The notes under the pieces were generated by a model that worked only from the letters and a program-made list of their open reading frames with translations, made no database searches and had not been told where the DNA came from. Below are positions 35,766-47,900 of a DNA stretch of 64,000 nucleotides, piece after piece (the first letter of the stretch is position 1; each line of letters opens with the position of its first letter). The stretch covers positions 1 to 64,000 of the forward strand of contig JAHLWZ010000761.1 of assembly GCA_020536535.1 (NCBI GenBank). The letters run 5' to 3'. The position numbers were made by a program, and so were the translations under genes. The stretch is from Pelomyxa schiedti (Eukaryota > Protista > Evosea).

Positions 35766-36530
35766 TCATTCGTGCTCCTGTTTCACATTCGCTTGCAATT
35801 GGAAACCACCATAGCGAGAGCACTGATCAGCAGAGCCAAGAACATAGGCGTGAACAGCGTCGGCATTCAACTCAAATGTCCCATCTTCTTCAATTCCAGT
35901 TGAGCCCTTCCCACCAACGCAACCACTTTCACGGCTGAAAGCGACGCACCCAAGAACACTTGCACAAACGCAGCATTCCACCACAAATCGCACGCTTTCA
36001 ATCCCCGTGGTGTCAAGAGCTGCCGAAGGAACACTATCCACTGAAGGCGATGTAGGGAATGAACGCGAAGTGGCGGTGCTTGGCAAGGGTCCGGCCGTAG
36101 GCGACCTCAAAGGTTGAGTTGGCCTCACACACCGCATGCGTCGAAGCTGCAGGGTCTTTTTGACTGGATCGTGGGAAATGTAATCGCCAGAGTCTCCCAC
36201 GACAGACAAGCACCCGCAGCACTGCAAAACGGAATGAACTGGTTGTGGCTTGAACAGTGATTGGCTGCGGAACCCGAACTCGCCAATAGAGCCGCTGTCG
36301 GCGCTGCTGTTTGGCAAGTTATTTGGCACAAGATGCGGAGTAGACGTAACAGGTGACGACGCAGAGAGTGTCTCCTTCTTGGATGCTAGAGATCTCCTTC
36401 TCGCAGGAACAGTGGGAATGGCAACAGAATGAGGCAACGTAGCGGCAAACTCGAACAACACGTCCCTTCTGGATGTGGGCGGATCTTGGCTATCACCACC
36501 ATCGACCGGTGGCACACCACCAAACAGCAT
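35766..36530 (-). CDS. Mis18/OIP5 family (Yippee-like Zn-binding) centromere protein; intronless
   Basis: VLQCCGCLSVVGDS ... VECCVCASVLG ... FELNADAVHAYVLGS match the Mis18 pattern of two CxxC pairs plus YxLG. Confidence 0.75.
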   Translation of the reverse strand: MLFGGVPPVDGGDSQDPPTSRRDVLFEFAATLPHSVAIPTVPARRRSLASKKETLSASSPVTSTPHLVPNNLPNSSADSGSIGEFGFRSQSLFKPQPVHSVLQCCGCLSVVGDSGDYISHDPVKKTLQLRRMRCVRPTQPLRSPTAGPLPSTATSRSFPTSPSVDSVPSAALDTTGIESVRFVVECCVCASVLGCVAFSRESGCVGGKGSTGIEEDGTFELNADAVHAYVLGSADQCSRYGGFQLQANVKQEHE

Positions 36531-36637
36531 TTTTTGTTTTGTTTATGCCTCCAGGATCAATTTGGCAGATCTGGATGTCAATTGCACCCAGGTTTTTTTT
36601 CCTTTTGATCTCCTGAAAGAATTTTTTGATTTGGTCC

Positions 36638-38847
36638 ATGGAGGCTGGTGGTTTCTTCCGGGTGCGTAGTCGTTTTTATTTTCTCTGTTTTTCCCGTGGA
36701 ATGCTCACACAGTTTTGTTCGTTTTTTGGTGGTGTTTGTTGTTTTTTTTTTTTTTTAGGGCACGAGCTTGGAACAAGATGGAAGATTTTCCAACAAAGAA
36801 AAGAAACTCTTAAAGCTTTATGCATTTCCGCCTTCTTTTTCAATCAAGGTACGGCTGTTTTTTTTTTTTTTTTACGATGTCAACGCGGTACAACAGGTGG
36901 ATATGAGAAAGGTAAATTTGCGAGTAATTGAACCTTGGATTGCTCAAAAAGTTGTTTCTCTTCTCGGTTTTGAAGATGATGTGCTTATAAACTATGTTTG
37001 CAGTCAACTGGAAGAACAGGTTTTCTTTCCTTGTGCATTCCTCTTTTTTTTTTTTTAATCTGCACCCCCAGAATGTTGATCCTAAGCGGATGCTGATCAA
37101 TTTAACTGGATTTCTTGAGGGAGATGCAATGAAATTTGTTTCAGACTTGTGGGAGTTACTTGTGTCTGCACAAAATGGTATTGAGGGCATACCACCCAAC
37201 TTTATTGAGGCCAAAAAGATGGAATTGGCAAAACAAAAGGTGCTTCACTCATTTTTATTTGTTGCCCACAATTTTCCACCAAAAACTCACAATCAAAAAT
37301 ACAATGCCTAAAACAGTTCTCTGCAGGAGGCACATGACAAGATAAAGGAAGACATTCGCCGCACCAAAGAAAAAGTTGAGAAGGAGGTGGCAGAACGCCT
37401 TGTAACACAGGCAGCCTCAGTTCCTGATTCTTCCATGACCACAGCTCCTCAGGATCCTGTTGAGTCCCAAACTACTGTTCCTGTTTCCAGTACTCCATCA
37501 TCAACTTCAACTACCTCTGTCACTGGGCCTGTTGCAGAGACTTCAACATCGTATGTCATCTTTGTAGATATTTTACGTGTCCCATATATATTCACAGTGA
37601 CAAAAAGTCTCATACTAAGACTTCCTCTCGATCCCGATCTCGTTCTCACTCGCACTCAAGCAGTCCTTCCTCACATTCACGTTCACGCTCTCACTCAGGA
37701 TCAAGATCACGCTCACACTCTCGCAACAAGCACCACGGCCGGTATTGCAATTTTTCTTTCTAATCAAATTTCATTTTTTTCCCTCATTTTGTAGGCACTC
37801 TGGCACCCGGCACAGCTTCTCTCATCATTCACGTCGCCGATCTCCTGACCGAAGAGATAGAGATAGATATGGGCGTGATCGCCGTGATTGGCCACGGAAA
37901 AGTGGTGAAAGAGGTGATTCGGAGGAAAGGGAAAAACCAAAACGAGCTGAAACAAGAGACAAGGGAAGAGATTCAATCAAGGAGGCACCTAAAGAAGGGG
38001 ACGGTGACAAAGATTTAGCGAGACCTGGTGAGAGGACAAGGGAGACCCCAGAGAGAGACCGTCCCGACAGAGACAGGCGGGACCGAAGAGACCAAGAGCG
38101 AGATAGAGCTGAGGATAAAAATGAAAGAGAAAGACGCCGATTGGATAGGGACAGAGATCACCGCAAAGACAGAACAAAGGAAGGGGACAGAGAAGGAGGA
38201 AGAGATCGAGGCAAAGAAAAACCAAAAGAACGTGACCGTGACCGTGACCGTGACCATGACTATGACAGAGACAGAGACCGCGAAAGAGAAAGAAATCGGA
38301 ACCGAGACCGGGACAGAGGAGAAAAATCTGCCAGTACCAAAGAATCAAGGCCCAAAGATGTTGATCAAGAAACCACTGAAAAGCCAAAGCCGGATGAAAC
38401 AGTACCTGAAGATACTGTGGATCGCAAGAGAAAGATTTCTCGGTCTAAATCGCCCCCCCCTGAGCGAGTATGCAGTTTTCTTTTCCCCTTCGTTTTAATC
38501 ACAAATGCAGGAAGGGGAATTGGATGTCGAGGCACCCCCTTCAAAGAAACACCGACGGTATTTCCCACCTAATTTTCATCACGAAATAGTAACTATTCAA
38601 CAGCAGTGTGGAGTCCGGGAAAAAACATCACCACCACCATCATCATCACAAAAAAACCGAGTCACCAAGCCCTGACAAACACTCGTCATCTCCAACCCAC
38701 TTGGACACGCCCACTACTACAGAAGCAACTGACATTTCTCAGGAAGAACGAGAAAGACAAGAGCTGCTAGAAAAGGAGTTGCGGGAGCGAGCAATGGCTT
38801 CAACAAAGAAGAGGGAGGAAAGTGATGCAGGAGGTCACTCATCCTAA
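36638..38847 (+). CDS. SRRM1: SRRM1/SRm160-like splicing coactivator (PWI domain + RS/RD-rich tail); multi-exon
   Basis: MEAGGFFR|GTSLEQDGRFSNKEKKLLK...VDMRKVNLRVIEPWIAQKVVSLLGFEDDV...INLTGFLE...FVSDLWELLVSAQ, followed by RD/RE dipeptide repeats. Confidence 0.93.
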
Positions 38848-39071
38848 ACACCCTCATGTATTGTTCTACTGTGCGGAAGAAAAAAAACCCAACAGGGGTC
38901 AAAAACGCATAAAATCACACTGCCCTCCACAACACACACCCAAACAAAACAAAACAAAACAAAATAAACAGTTCTACTTGTGATTTATTCACATTGACAA
39001 CACAAGGAAAACCCTTTATTTTACTGTTGTATTTTCCCATACAAAAAGTACAGTAGGTGTTTTAATTTAGC

Positions 39072-41106
39072 TTAGAATAATAACTGAGCTGCTTTGACGG
39101 GAGTGCTGCTTCCGTCGGCTTCTAGTGAAAACCACGTGATGTTTGCTGTGGGTGTGAATGTGGCTCTGGAATTTGCTGTGATTGTCTGTACAATAGCTTT
39201 GGCGAGTGTTTGTGGTGTTTTGGGAATTTGGCTGTTCTCGATGTATATCTCCGCAAAGGAGCTGACTGAATCGCTAATAGCCCCATCGTTAATGTACACC
39301 CTCTTTTCATGACCGTAGTGTGCCAGTGACATTAATTCTGGTGAGTGTGTATGGCCCAGAACGAGGATTCTTGTATCACTTCCCTGGTATTTTGGTAAGT
39401 TATGAGGCTTTCTTTCAATTAATTTACATGAAGAATATCGCGTGCATATTGCTCAATTGAAAAGCTTGCACCCCCAGCACCCAGGCAGAGTCTTAGTTTA
39501 TCTGAGGACCATACAAAGTAATACAGGAGACATTTTACTATGCTTGACTGTGAGTGTTCTGCTTGCATCCACTGAAACTCTTCTGCTACTTCTTTCTTGA
39601 GGAAGAATTAAACAACTGATGATTCCAAAGGGTCATACAAACGATTTGTTTGTTCCGTCAGGCATTTTGAAGAATCGAGAATCCAATTGGTTTATAGTTA
39701 TTGGAGATTCCCCGATGTGTGTACATATTGTGTTGTATATGCTCAAAAGTAAATTGGGAATCTGTGTTTATGTCACATTGCAATATATTTGGTATCTTAC
39801 ATCAAATTGGAGAAAGTTATCGGCAATTTTCCACATCTCCGATGTTGACGCCCCTTTGTACCAATCCCACGATGAACAGAGTCTATAAAGCTTTATTAAT
39901 TACTTCAATCTCCTATGAGAGCGTGATGCCTTGTCACATAATATCCAATAGGAAATTGGTGGTGGCTTCGTTTGCTCTTAGGTAAACTGTTGTAGTGGTC
40001 GATTAAGTGGCCATGCCCGATCCGAATTTGGAAAAAAGGAGAAACAGAGGATGGAACGTTGTACCAGTACTCGTCTTCGCTCTGTCAAAGTCAGACAAGA
40101 AAAAAAAACATAAAATCAAAGAAGTAGCAAGAAAGAATGCTAAAAACAATAGTGTGGTTATGACGCTCACATTACTGTAAATGAAAGATGGTAGATACCG
40201 ATATTAGGGTTACATTGAGCTGAAATAGGACATTTATGCGCTCTTGTGTGACAGAATTATCATCGTGATTACTGTTAAGTACATCAGGAAGTAGCATCCA
40301 CTGTTGTTCCATACCCAATAACATACACAAGGTGCACTCCCTAAGTAAAGAATCAACTGGTCGTTGCATAAAGAAAAGGTGTAAAACTGATCAACCTCAT
40401 TCGCCAGGCGAGTTAGTCCCTGCTTGATAGTCCTTCCAATGAAAGAATCCATTACCTCTTCCACGCTTTTGGGGGTGACATAATGGGGCTGTGCCCACAC
40501 ATCAATAAAATCACCATTGATGACAAGAATGCGGTATTTAGCTTTGGATAGGTGCACAATGTCAAACAGGGATTCCAGTTTGGACAATTGCTTTCCACCA
40601 AAAGAGTGCATAATTGTAGGGGAAGAAGTGGTCATTGGTACTGAGTCCAAAGCTGTAGTACTGGGAAGGCTTTTTGGGGCCACGAAAGAGGCACCCACAT
40701 GTAAATCCGAGCAACTAAAGATTGCAACATTAGCTGGTGGAGCAGCAGGCTCTGGTGAGTCATCCGCCTCACCGATTCTTGGGGTACACAATTCCGGCAG
40801 GTAACCGCACAGCCACCACCGCCACAATGGCAGAGTAACCACCAAAACCACCACCACAAAAGAGACCACAAAGGAGATGCCGAAAAACAGGGCATAGATG
40901 TAGGTCACCCCAAGGTTCCACACGCGCGCCAGCACCCTCATTGTCGCGGAAAAGCATGTACTGCTCGTAGCGGAGGCGGAACTGCGGAAAAACAACGTTC
41001 TTCTTGGCCCCGCCGACTTTGGTCTCCTCGCCGTCAATGGTGACGGCTGGCCTTCCTCATCATCCCTTGCTGTTGCCCGCGACGCACCCCGCAACATTTT
41101 TTTCAT
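39072..41106 (-). CDS. Calcineurin-like metallophosphoesterase, LpxH/YbbF-like, with N-terminal TM segment; multi-exon
   Basis: All five motifs are present across exons: SDLHVG, NGDFIDVW, VIG|NHD, GHGHLID, GHTHSP. Hydrophobic segment IYALFFGISFVVSFVVVVLVVTLPLW. Confidence 0.85.
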
Positions 41107-41990
41107 TAAATGGCAAATAGTGCCAACAATTACCCGTGTTGATGAGTCGGCAGGGGAGTGATGCCAAACCTCCCCAGTCGACGTGGCCCACGTTCAATAC
41201 GAAAAAAAAAAAAAAACACTTTGCATTTACACCCTTTGGTTTTGAGATGCTTTCCAGGAATGCAACACAACCCCACACCAATCAGGCCTGTTTGATGCTA
41301 TTGAAGGGACACGCAGTCGTGTCGTAAAATAAATTGGAAAGATCTTTGATACACGCGGAGGAAATGTTGAATGTTGATGCTGTAACTGCACCTTTCTTGC
41401 CCGAGTTGGGACCCCAAGTGTGATGAATTCCAGTCAACTGTTAGTAAAGACAAAAAAAAAAGGTCACGCGACCAGCTATTTATTTAAATGCCATTAAAAA
41501 AAAAAAAAAAACAAAGCCGTCAACCAGCCTCCCCTGTTTATTCTCTTTTTTTTTTTTTTTTTGTGTCTTTCATGCCTTGGTGGAGCCCGTTCATTGATGG
41601 CACTGTCCAAGTAAAACTCAATGGTGACACGAAAGAGCTGCATTTGATACCGTACGTGTTACATAAGGTGCCCGCTGCATTGACGACTTCAATGGTTTTT
41701 GTATGGAACAAGGACATCTGTAACTCTCACATTGATGCTGGGTGGCAGTTGTGGAACACCGGAGATCTTGGCGAGATGTGTCTCTTTGAGAGCACACAGC
41801 ACCAAATTTGCCGTTTCGACGAACTCTGCTACTTTCCTAGTTCTCAATTAAATCTCGCTACAAAGGAGGGATTTTAATTACAATAACGGAAAGGTAACAA
41901 ACCGTCATGTGCGAAATGCCAAAAAAGCTTCTTTTTCCCCCCAAAAGTTAGTTTTATCCATTTAAAACAAATAAAACCAACAACAACGAG

Positions 41991-44900
41991 ATGCCGTCCT
42001 CGTCCTCTTCGAAGGTTGGTTCGCAATTACGTTTTTCCCTTTCCCGAGATTAGTTCCCTTGTTAACGATGGTTCTTCTTCTTCTTTTTTTTTTTTTTTCT
42101 TCCCTGGCTTCCTTCGATATGCTAGAAGAAAAAGGTGTTTCTTCCCTTCCATACGATTTCTAAAAAATAAACTAAACTAAACCAATCCAAACATTTACGA
42201 ATTTGTAGGGGACACCAGAGGTTAAGAAACACGACAAGTCCAGCAGTAGCGGCTCCAAGAAAAAGTCCAGCAGTAGCAGTTCCAAGAAACATTCCGGCAA
42301 GATACATGTAGGACTTGGGATTGGTGGTAAGGCGGGCTTGGGTATTCACAAACCCCACATTGAGGTGAAAATTGGCGGCAAAACCAAATCCAAATCCAAG
42401 TCTAGCAGTTCCAAAAAAACCAAATCCGCAGTCCACCTACATGCTGGTGGTTCCCTCGAGCATCCACACGTTGAAGTTGGAGTGGAGGTTAAGCCCCACG
42501 TCGAAGTTGACGTGAAGCCGCACGTTGAAGTTGGAGTGGAGGTTAAGCCCCACGTTGAAGTTGAAGCCGCTGTACCACACAGCGAAGTTAGTGTGGAGCT
42601 TCCTCATGTGGAAGTTACCCCCCATGTAGACGTGCATCTTCCCCGTCCAGAAGTTCACGCTGAAAAGCCACATGGTGAGGTTACCCCACATGTAGAGGTG
42701 CATCTTCCCCATCCAGAAGTTCAAATTGCGGCCAATGCGGATTTACACCCACATGTGGAGGGTCAAGCAGAGAAGCCCCACATTGCAGTCGAAGTCAAGC
42801 CACACGTCGAAGTCCACACTGAGCTGCCGCACATTGAGGCTGAAGTTAAACCTCACCTTGACATTCACGCTGAAAAGCCACATATCGAAGTCCACATTGA
42901 CAAGCAACACGAGATTCCCTCAGGAGAGCTACATGTTGAAGTCCACTCAGATAAACCACTGATTCACGGTGCGCCTCATATTGGGATTCATCCTGGAGTC
43001 CATGCTGAGAAACCGCATGTTGAAGTAAAACCACACATTGAGGTTCATGCTACTCCCCACGGCGAAGTAGAGGTGAAGCCAAAAGTGGAGGTTGAGGTTA
43101 AACCGTATGTAGATGTTCAGCCTACTATCCCTCATGCTGAAGTACATGTGAATGCGCCACACGTTGAAATGCATATCGAAAAGCCACACCTTGAGATTCA
43201 CCCCTCAGTTCATGTAGACCCCCAACCTCACCTCGATGCCCATATTGAAAAACCACATGTTGATCTCCACCCTACATCACATATCGAAGCTCACACCGAA
43301 ACGCCGCACGTTGAAGTCCACCCTCATGTTGAAGTACATGTTGAGCCTGCAGCGAAGGTAGAAATTGTAGGCAAGAAAAAGTCAAGTAGCTCCGAGAAAC
43401 ATAAACTGGGCTTGAAGCTTGGTTTCAAGATTGGAGCCAAGAAATCCTCTAGTTCAGGCAAAAGAAAAGCTTCTCTTCACGCCGATGTAAGCGTGAAGAA
43501 GCCAGAAATAGACACAAAGATTGCTGCCAATCTTGAGGTCACAGGAAAGAAAAAGAGTAGCAGCTCCTCGAAGAAACGGAGTCTGAAAATAGGCGTTCCT
43601 AAAATCGGCCTTGGACTAGGAATAGGAAAGAAATCCAGCAGTTCTGAAAAAAAGAAGGCTGCAATGAAGGGAAAAGTGGAGGTTGCGGCAACGAAGCCTG
43701 CTCTTGAAGGCCATGCTTCTATCAAGGTTAAGGCTGGAAGCAAATCCAGCAGTTCAAAAAAGAAAAAACTCATCAACTTACCTTCTGTGACTCTCGGCAA
43801 GAAGTCGAGCAGTTCCGAAAAGAGAAAAGCACTTAAAGTAGCAGTGGAAGGAAAACTACCTGATATCAGCGCAACAGGTTCTGTTACAGTGGAGAAGAAA
43901 CCGGAACTAGTAGTAGGAGCTACGGTTGAAGTTTCTACTGGAAAGGTAGAAATAGAGGCAAAAAAACCAGAAGGAGAAGTTCACGTCAAAGCGGAAATTT
44001 CAACTAAGAAGAAATCTAGCAGTTCAAGCAAGCACAAGCTTGAGCTTCCCAAGGTTACACTTCCCAGTGTTGAGCTACCCAAAGTGGAACTTCCCAGCGT
44101 TGAGCTCCCTAAAGTTCATCTTGGCTTTGGGAAAAAGAAATCCAGCAGTTCAGAGAAAAGGAAAGTTTCCCTCAAAGCCGAGGCCAGCATAAAACCAGAA
44201 ACCACAAAGGCACCTGGTGAGGAAATACCAGCTGTACCTCACACAAAAGTGGAGGTTACAGTAAAGAAGTCCAGCAGCTCTTCAAAGAAACGGACCTTGA
44301 AGATAACTCCTCCAACTTTGGGCCTCGGCCTCAATTTAGGGGGAAAGAAATCCAGCAGTTCCGGAAAAAGGAAAGCAACTATCAGTGTAGAAGTCCACAA
44401 GAAAGAGCCGGAAGTTGTTGCGCCAACAGGACACTTGGACTTGTCAATAAAACACCCTGAACCAGAACCCAAGGTGGAAGTGAAAAAGGGAGGAATGTTT
44501 GCCAACCTTACAGCCAAATTACCAAAAAAGAGTAGCAGCAGCTCGCATAAATCAGGCAAAGCAAAGGCATTTGTACCTCTAAATACTCCAGTTATCAGTG
44601 TGGATCACAAGAAATCCTCTTCTTCATCCAGCAAAAAAGTCAAAGCTGCAGTTAAAATAGACATACCAACTCCAAAAGTTGCGGTACAAGTTGAGCCCAA
44701 GGTTGAGGTGAAGGTTGATGGGAAGGCAGAAGCCAAGGCAGACGTGAAGGTGGAGATCGAGAAGCCAAAGGTGGGGATCGACCTCAAGGCTGGTGGCAAG
44801 AAATCGAAATCTTCCTCCTCGAGCTCACGGAAGAGGAGAGCAGCTGGAATCAAGGTCGAAATCGGCCATCCGAAGTTGGGAGTTGACATCAAGGCCAGCG

Positions 44901-47900
44901 GAAAGAAATCGGGATCGTCCTCCTCGCCCTCACCAAAGAGGAAAGCGGGAATCAAGTTCGGCATCGAGAAACCGAAGTTTGGAGTTGAAATCAAAACTGG
45001 GGCAAAGAAATCAGACAGCTCTTCATCCAGGAAGAGGAAAGCAGCCGCAGCCGTGAAGGTCGACGCTGGGATCAAGGTTGGTGGTGGAATCGCAGTCACA
45101 GGTGACAAACCAAAGATGGACGTTGGCATTGGTGTTAAGGTCGATGGAACCAAAAAGAAGAGCACATCCTCGAGCTCGCGGAAGAGGAAAGCGGGAATCA
45201 AGGTCGAGATCGAGAAACCGAAGTTGGGCATTAACATCAAGGCCGGAGCAAAGAAACCAAGTAGCTCTTCATCCAGGAAGAGGAAAGCAGCCGCAGCGGC
45301 GAAGGTCGACGCTGGGATCAAGGTTGATGGTGGAATCGCAGTCACAGGCGACAAACCAAAGATTGACGTTGGCGTGAAGGTTGACTCGCCCAAAAAGAAG
45401 AGCACGTCGTCGAGCTCTCGCAAGAGAAAGTTGGGAATCAAGATCGACATTCCCAAGCCAAAGATCGGTGTCGAAATTTCAAAGAAACCCTCATCATCCT
45501 CGAGCTCCCGGAAGAGGAAAGCAGCACTCAAGGTTGACATCGAGACGCCAAAGGTGGATGCTGGTGTCAAGGTTGATGCTGGAATCAAGGTCAGCGGTGA
45601 CAAACCAAAAGTTGAACCGATGAAGAAGAGTGGAGGGTTCTTTGGCTTCTTCGGCGGTCCCAAGGCTACTGTGGATGTCCAAGTTGATGGAAAGAAAGCC
45701 ACTTCGTCGAGCTCGCGAAAGAGGAAAGCAGCACTCAAGGTTGATGCCGGTGCAAAGGTTGATGCTGGAATCAAGATCAGTGGTGACAAGCCAACGATTG
45801 GAGCCACTGTGAAGGTCGATGCAGGAAAAAAGAAGTCAACATCATCCAGCTCACGGAAGAGAAAAGCAGGAATGAAGGTTGACATCGAAACACCGAAGTT
45901 GGGTGGCGACGTGAAGATTGATGTTGGGAAGAAGAAATCGTCTTCGAGCTCAAGAAAGAGGAAAGCAGGACTTGCGATCGGTCTCGACAAACCAAAGCTC
46001 AACATTGACCTGCATGCTGGCATCAAGAAATCAACATCGTCCTCGAGCTCACGGAAGAGGAAAGCCGGAATCAAGGTTGGAATTGAAAAACCCGAAGTTG
46101 GCATCAAGGTGGCAGTTGACGGAAAGAAGAGCGAAAGCAGCTCATCCAAGAAGAGGAAACTTCACTTGGAGGCCAGCGGGAAGAAGCCTGACGTTCACGT
46201 GAACGTGGACGCCAAGCCGTCTGTCGAGGTCAGGGTCGAACCACCCAAAGCAGACGTCAAGGTTGAACCACCAAAGGTGGATGCCAAGGCGGGCGTCAAA
46301 GTTGATGCCAAGGTTGAAGTCAAGAAACCAGGATTCTTTGACAGCATCTTCTCCAAGAAAGAGCCTCCCAAGGTTGAGGTGAAGGTTGATGTGCATGCTG
46401 GCAAAAAGGTTTCCACATCGTCGAGCTCTCGGAAGAGGAAAGCTGCAATCAAGGTCGAAAAGCCAAAGGTGGAAGTTGCAATTGATGNNNNNNNNNNNNN
46501 NNNNNNNNNNNNNNNNNNNNNNNNNNNNNNNNNNNNNNNNNNNNNNNNNNNNNNNNNNNNNNNNNNNNNNNNNNNNNNNNNNNNNNNCCAAGAAGAGGAA
46601 ACTTCACTTGGAGGCCAGCGGGAAGAAGCCTGACATTCACGTGAACGTGGACGCCAAGGGACCAAAGAAGTCTGGATCTTCGTCGAGTTCAAGCAAGAAA
46701 CACGCCAAGCCGTCTGTCGAGGTCAGGGTTGAACCACCCAAAGCAGATGTCAAGGTTGAACCACCAAAGGTGGATGCCAAGGCTGGTGTCAAAGTTGATG
46801 CCAAGGTTGAAGTCAAGAAACCAGGATTCTTTGACAGCATTTTCTCCAAGAAAGAGCCGCCCAAGGTTGAGGTGAAGGTTGATGTGCATGCTGGCAAAAA
46901 GGTTTCCACATCGTCGAGCTCTCGGAAGAGGAAAGCTGCAATCAAGGTCGAAAAGCCAAAGGTGGAAGTTGCAATTGATGGAAAGAAGAAAACTTCGTCG
47001 AGCTCACGGAAGAGGAAAGCGGGAATCAACATCGGCATCGAGAAACCAAAGATCAACCTCGACCTTCAAGCCGGTGCGAAGAAATCTTCATCCTCGAGCT
47101 CTCGGAAGAGGAAGGTGGGAATCAAAGTTGATGCAGGAGTCGCTGTTTCTGGTGACAAACCAAATCTCGACGTTTCTGTGAAGGTCGACGGAGCGAAAAA
47201 GAAATCAACGTCGTCGAGCTCTCGGAAGAGGAAGTTGGGAATCAAGATCGACATCCCCAAGCCAAAGATCGGTGTCGAAATTTCAAAGAAACCCTCATCA
47301 TCCTCGAGCTCTCGGAAGAGGAAAGCAGCACTCAAGGTTGACCTCGAGAAGCCAAAGGTTGATGCTGGTTTCAAGGTTGATGCTGGTTTCAAGGTGGATG
47401 CTGGTGTCAAGGTTGATGCTGGAATCAAGGTCAGCGGTGACAAACCAAAGGTCGAACCACCGAAGAAGAGTGGAGGGTTCTTTGGCTTCTTCGGCGGCCC
47501 CAAGCCAGANNNNNNNNNNNNNNNNNNNNNNNNNNNNNNNNNNNNNNNNNNNNNNNNNNNNNNNNNNNNNNNNNNNNNNNNNNNNNNNNNNNNNNNNNNN
47601 NNNNNNNNNGAGCGAAAAAGAAATCAACGTCGTCGAGCTCTCGGAAGAGGAAGTTGGGAATCAAGATCGACATCCCCAAGCCAAAGATCGGTGTCGAAAT
47701 TTCAAAGAAACCCTCATCATCCTCGAGCTCCCGGAAGAGGAAAGCAGCACTCAAGGTTGACATCGAGAAACCAAAGGTTGATGCTGGTTTCAAGGTTGAT
47801 GCTGGAATCAAGGTCAGTGGTGACAAACCAAAAGTTGAACCGATGAAGAAGAGTGGAGGGTTCTTTGGCTTCTTCGGCGGCCCCAAGCCAGAAGCACCCA

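Noticed and set aside
38230-38300. (GACCGT)n / GAGACA hexamer array as a repeat element or CRISPR-like array
   Set aside because: It encodes RD/RE dipeptides of SRRM1; no spacer structure.
44605-46149. Long minus-strand ORFs (514 aa and others) over the giant repeat gene
   Set aside because: Codon-aligned antisense shadows of a Ser/Lys/Val repeat; no independent motifs.
46660-46710. Silaffin-like KKSGSSSS motifs suggesting biosilicification
   Set aside because: No signal peptide or RXL processing pattern; similarity is compositional only.
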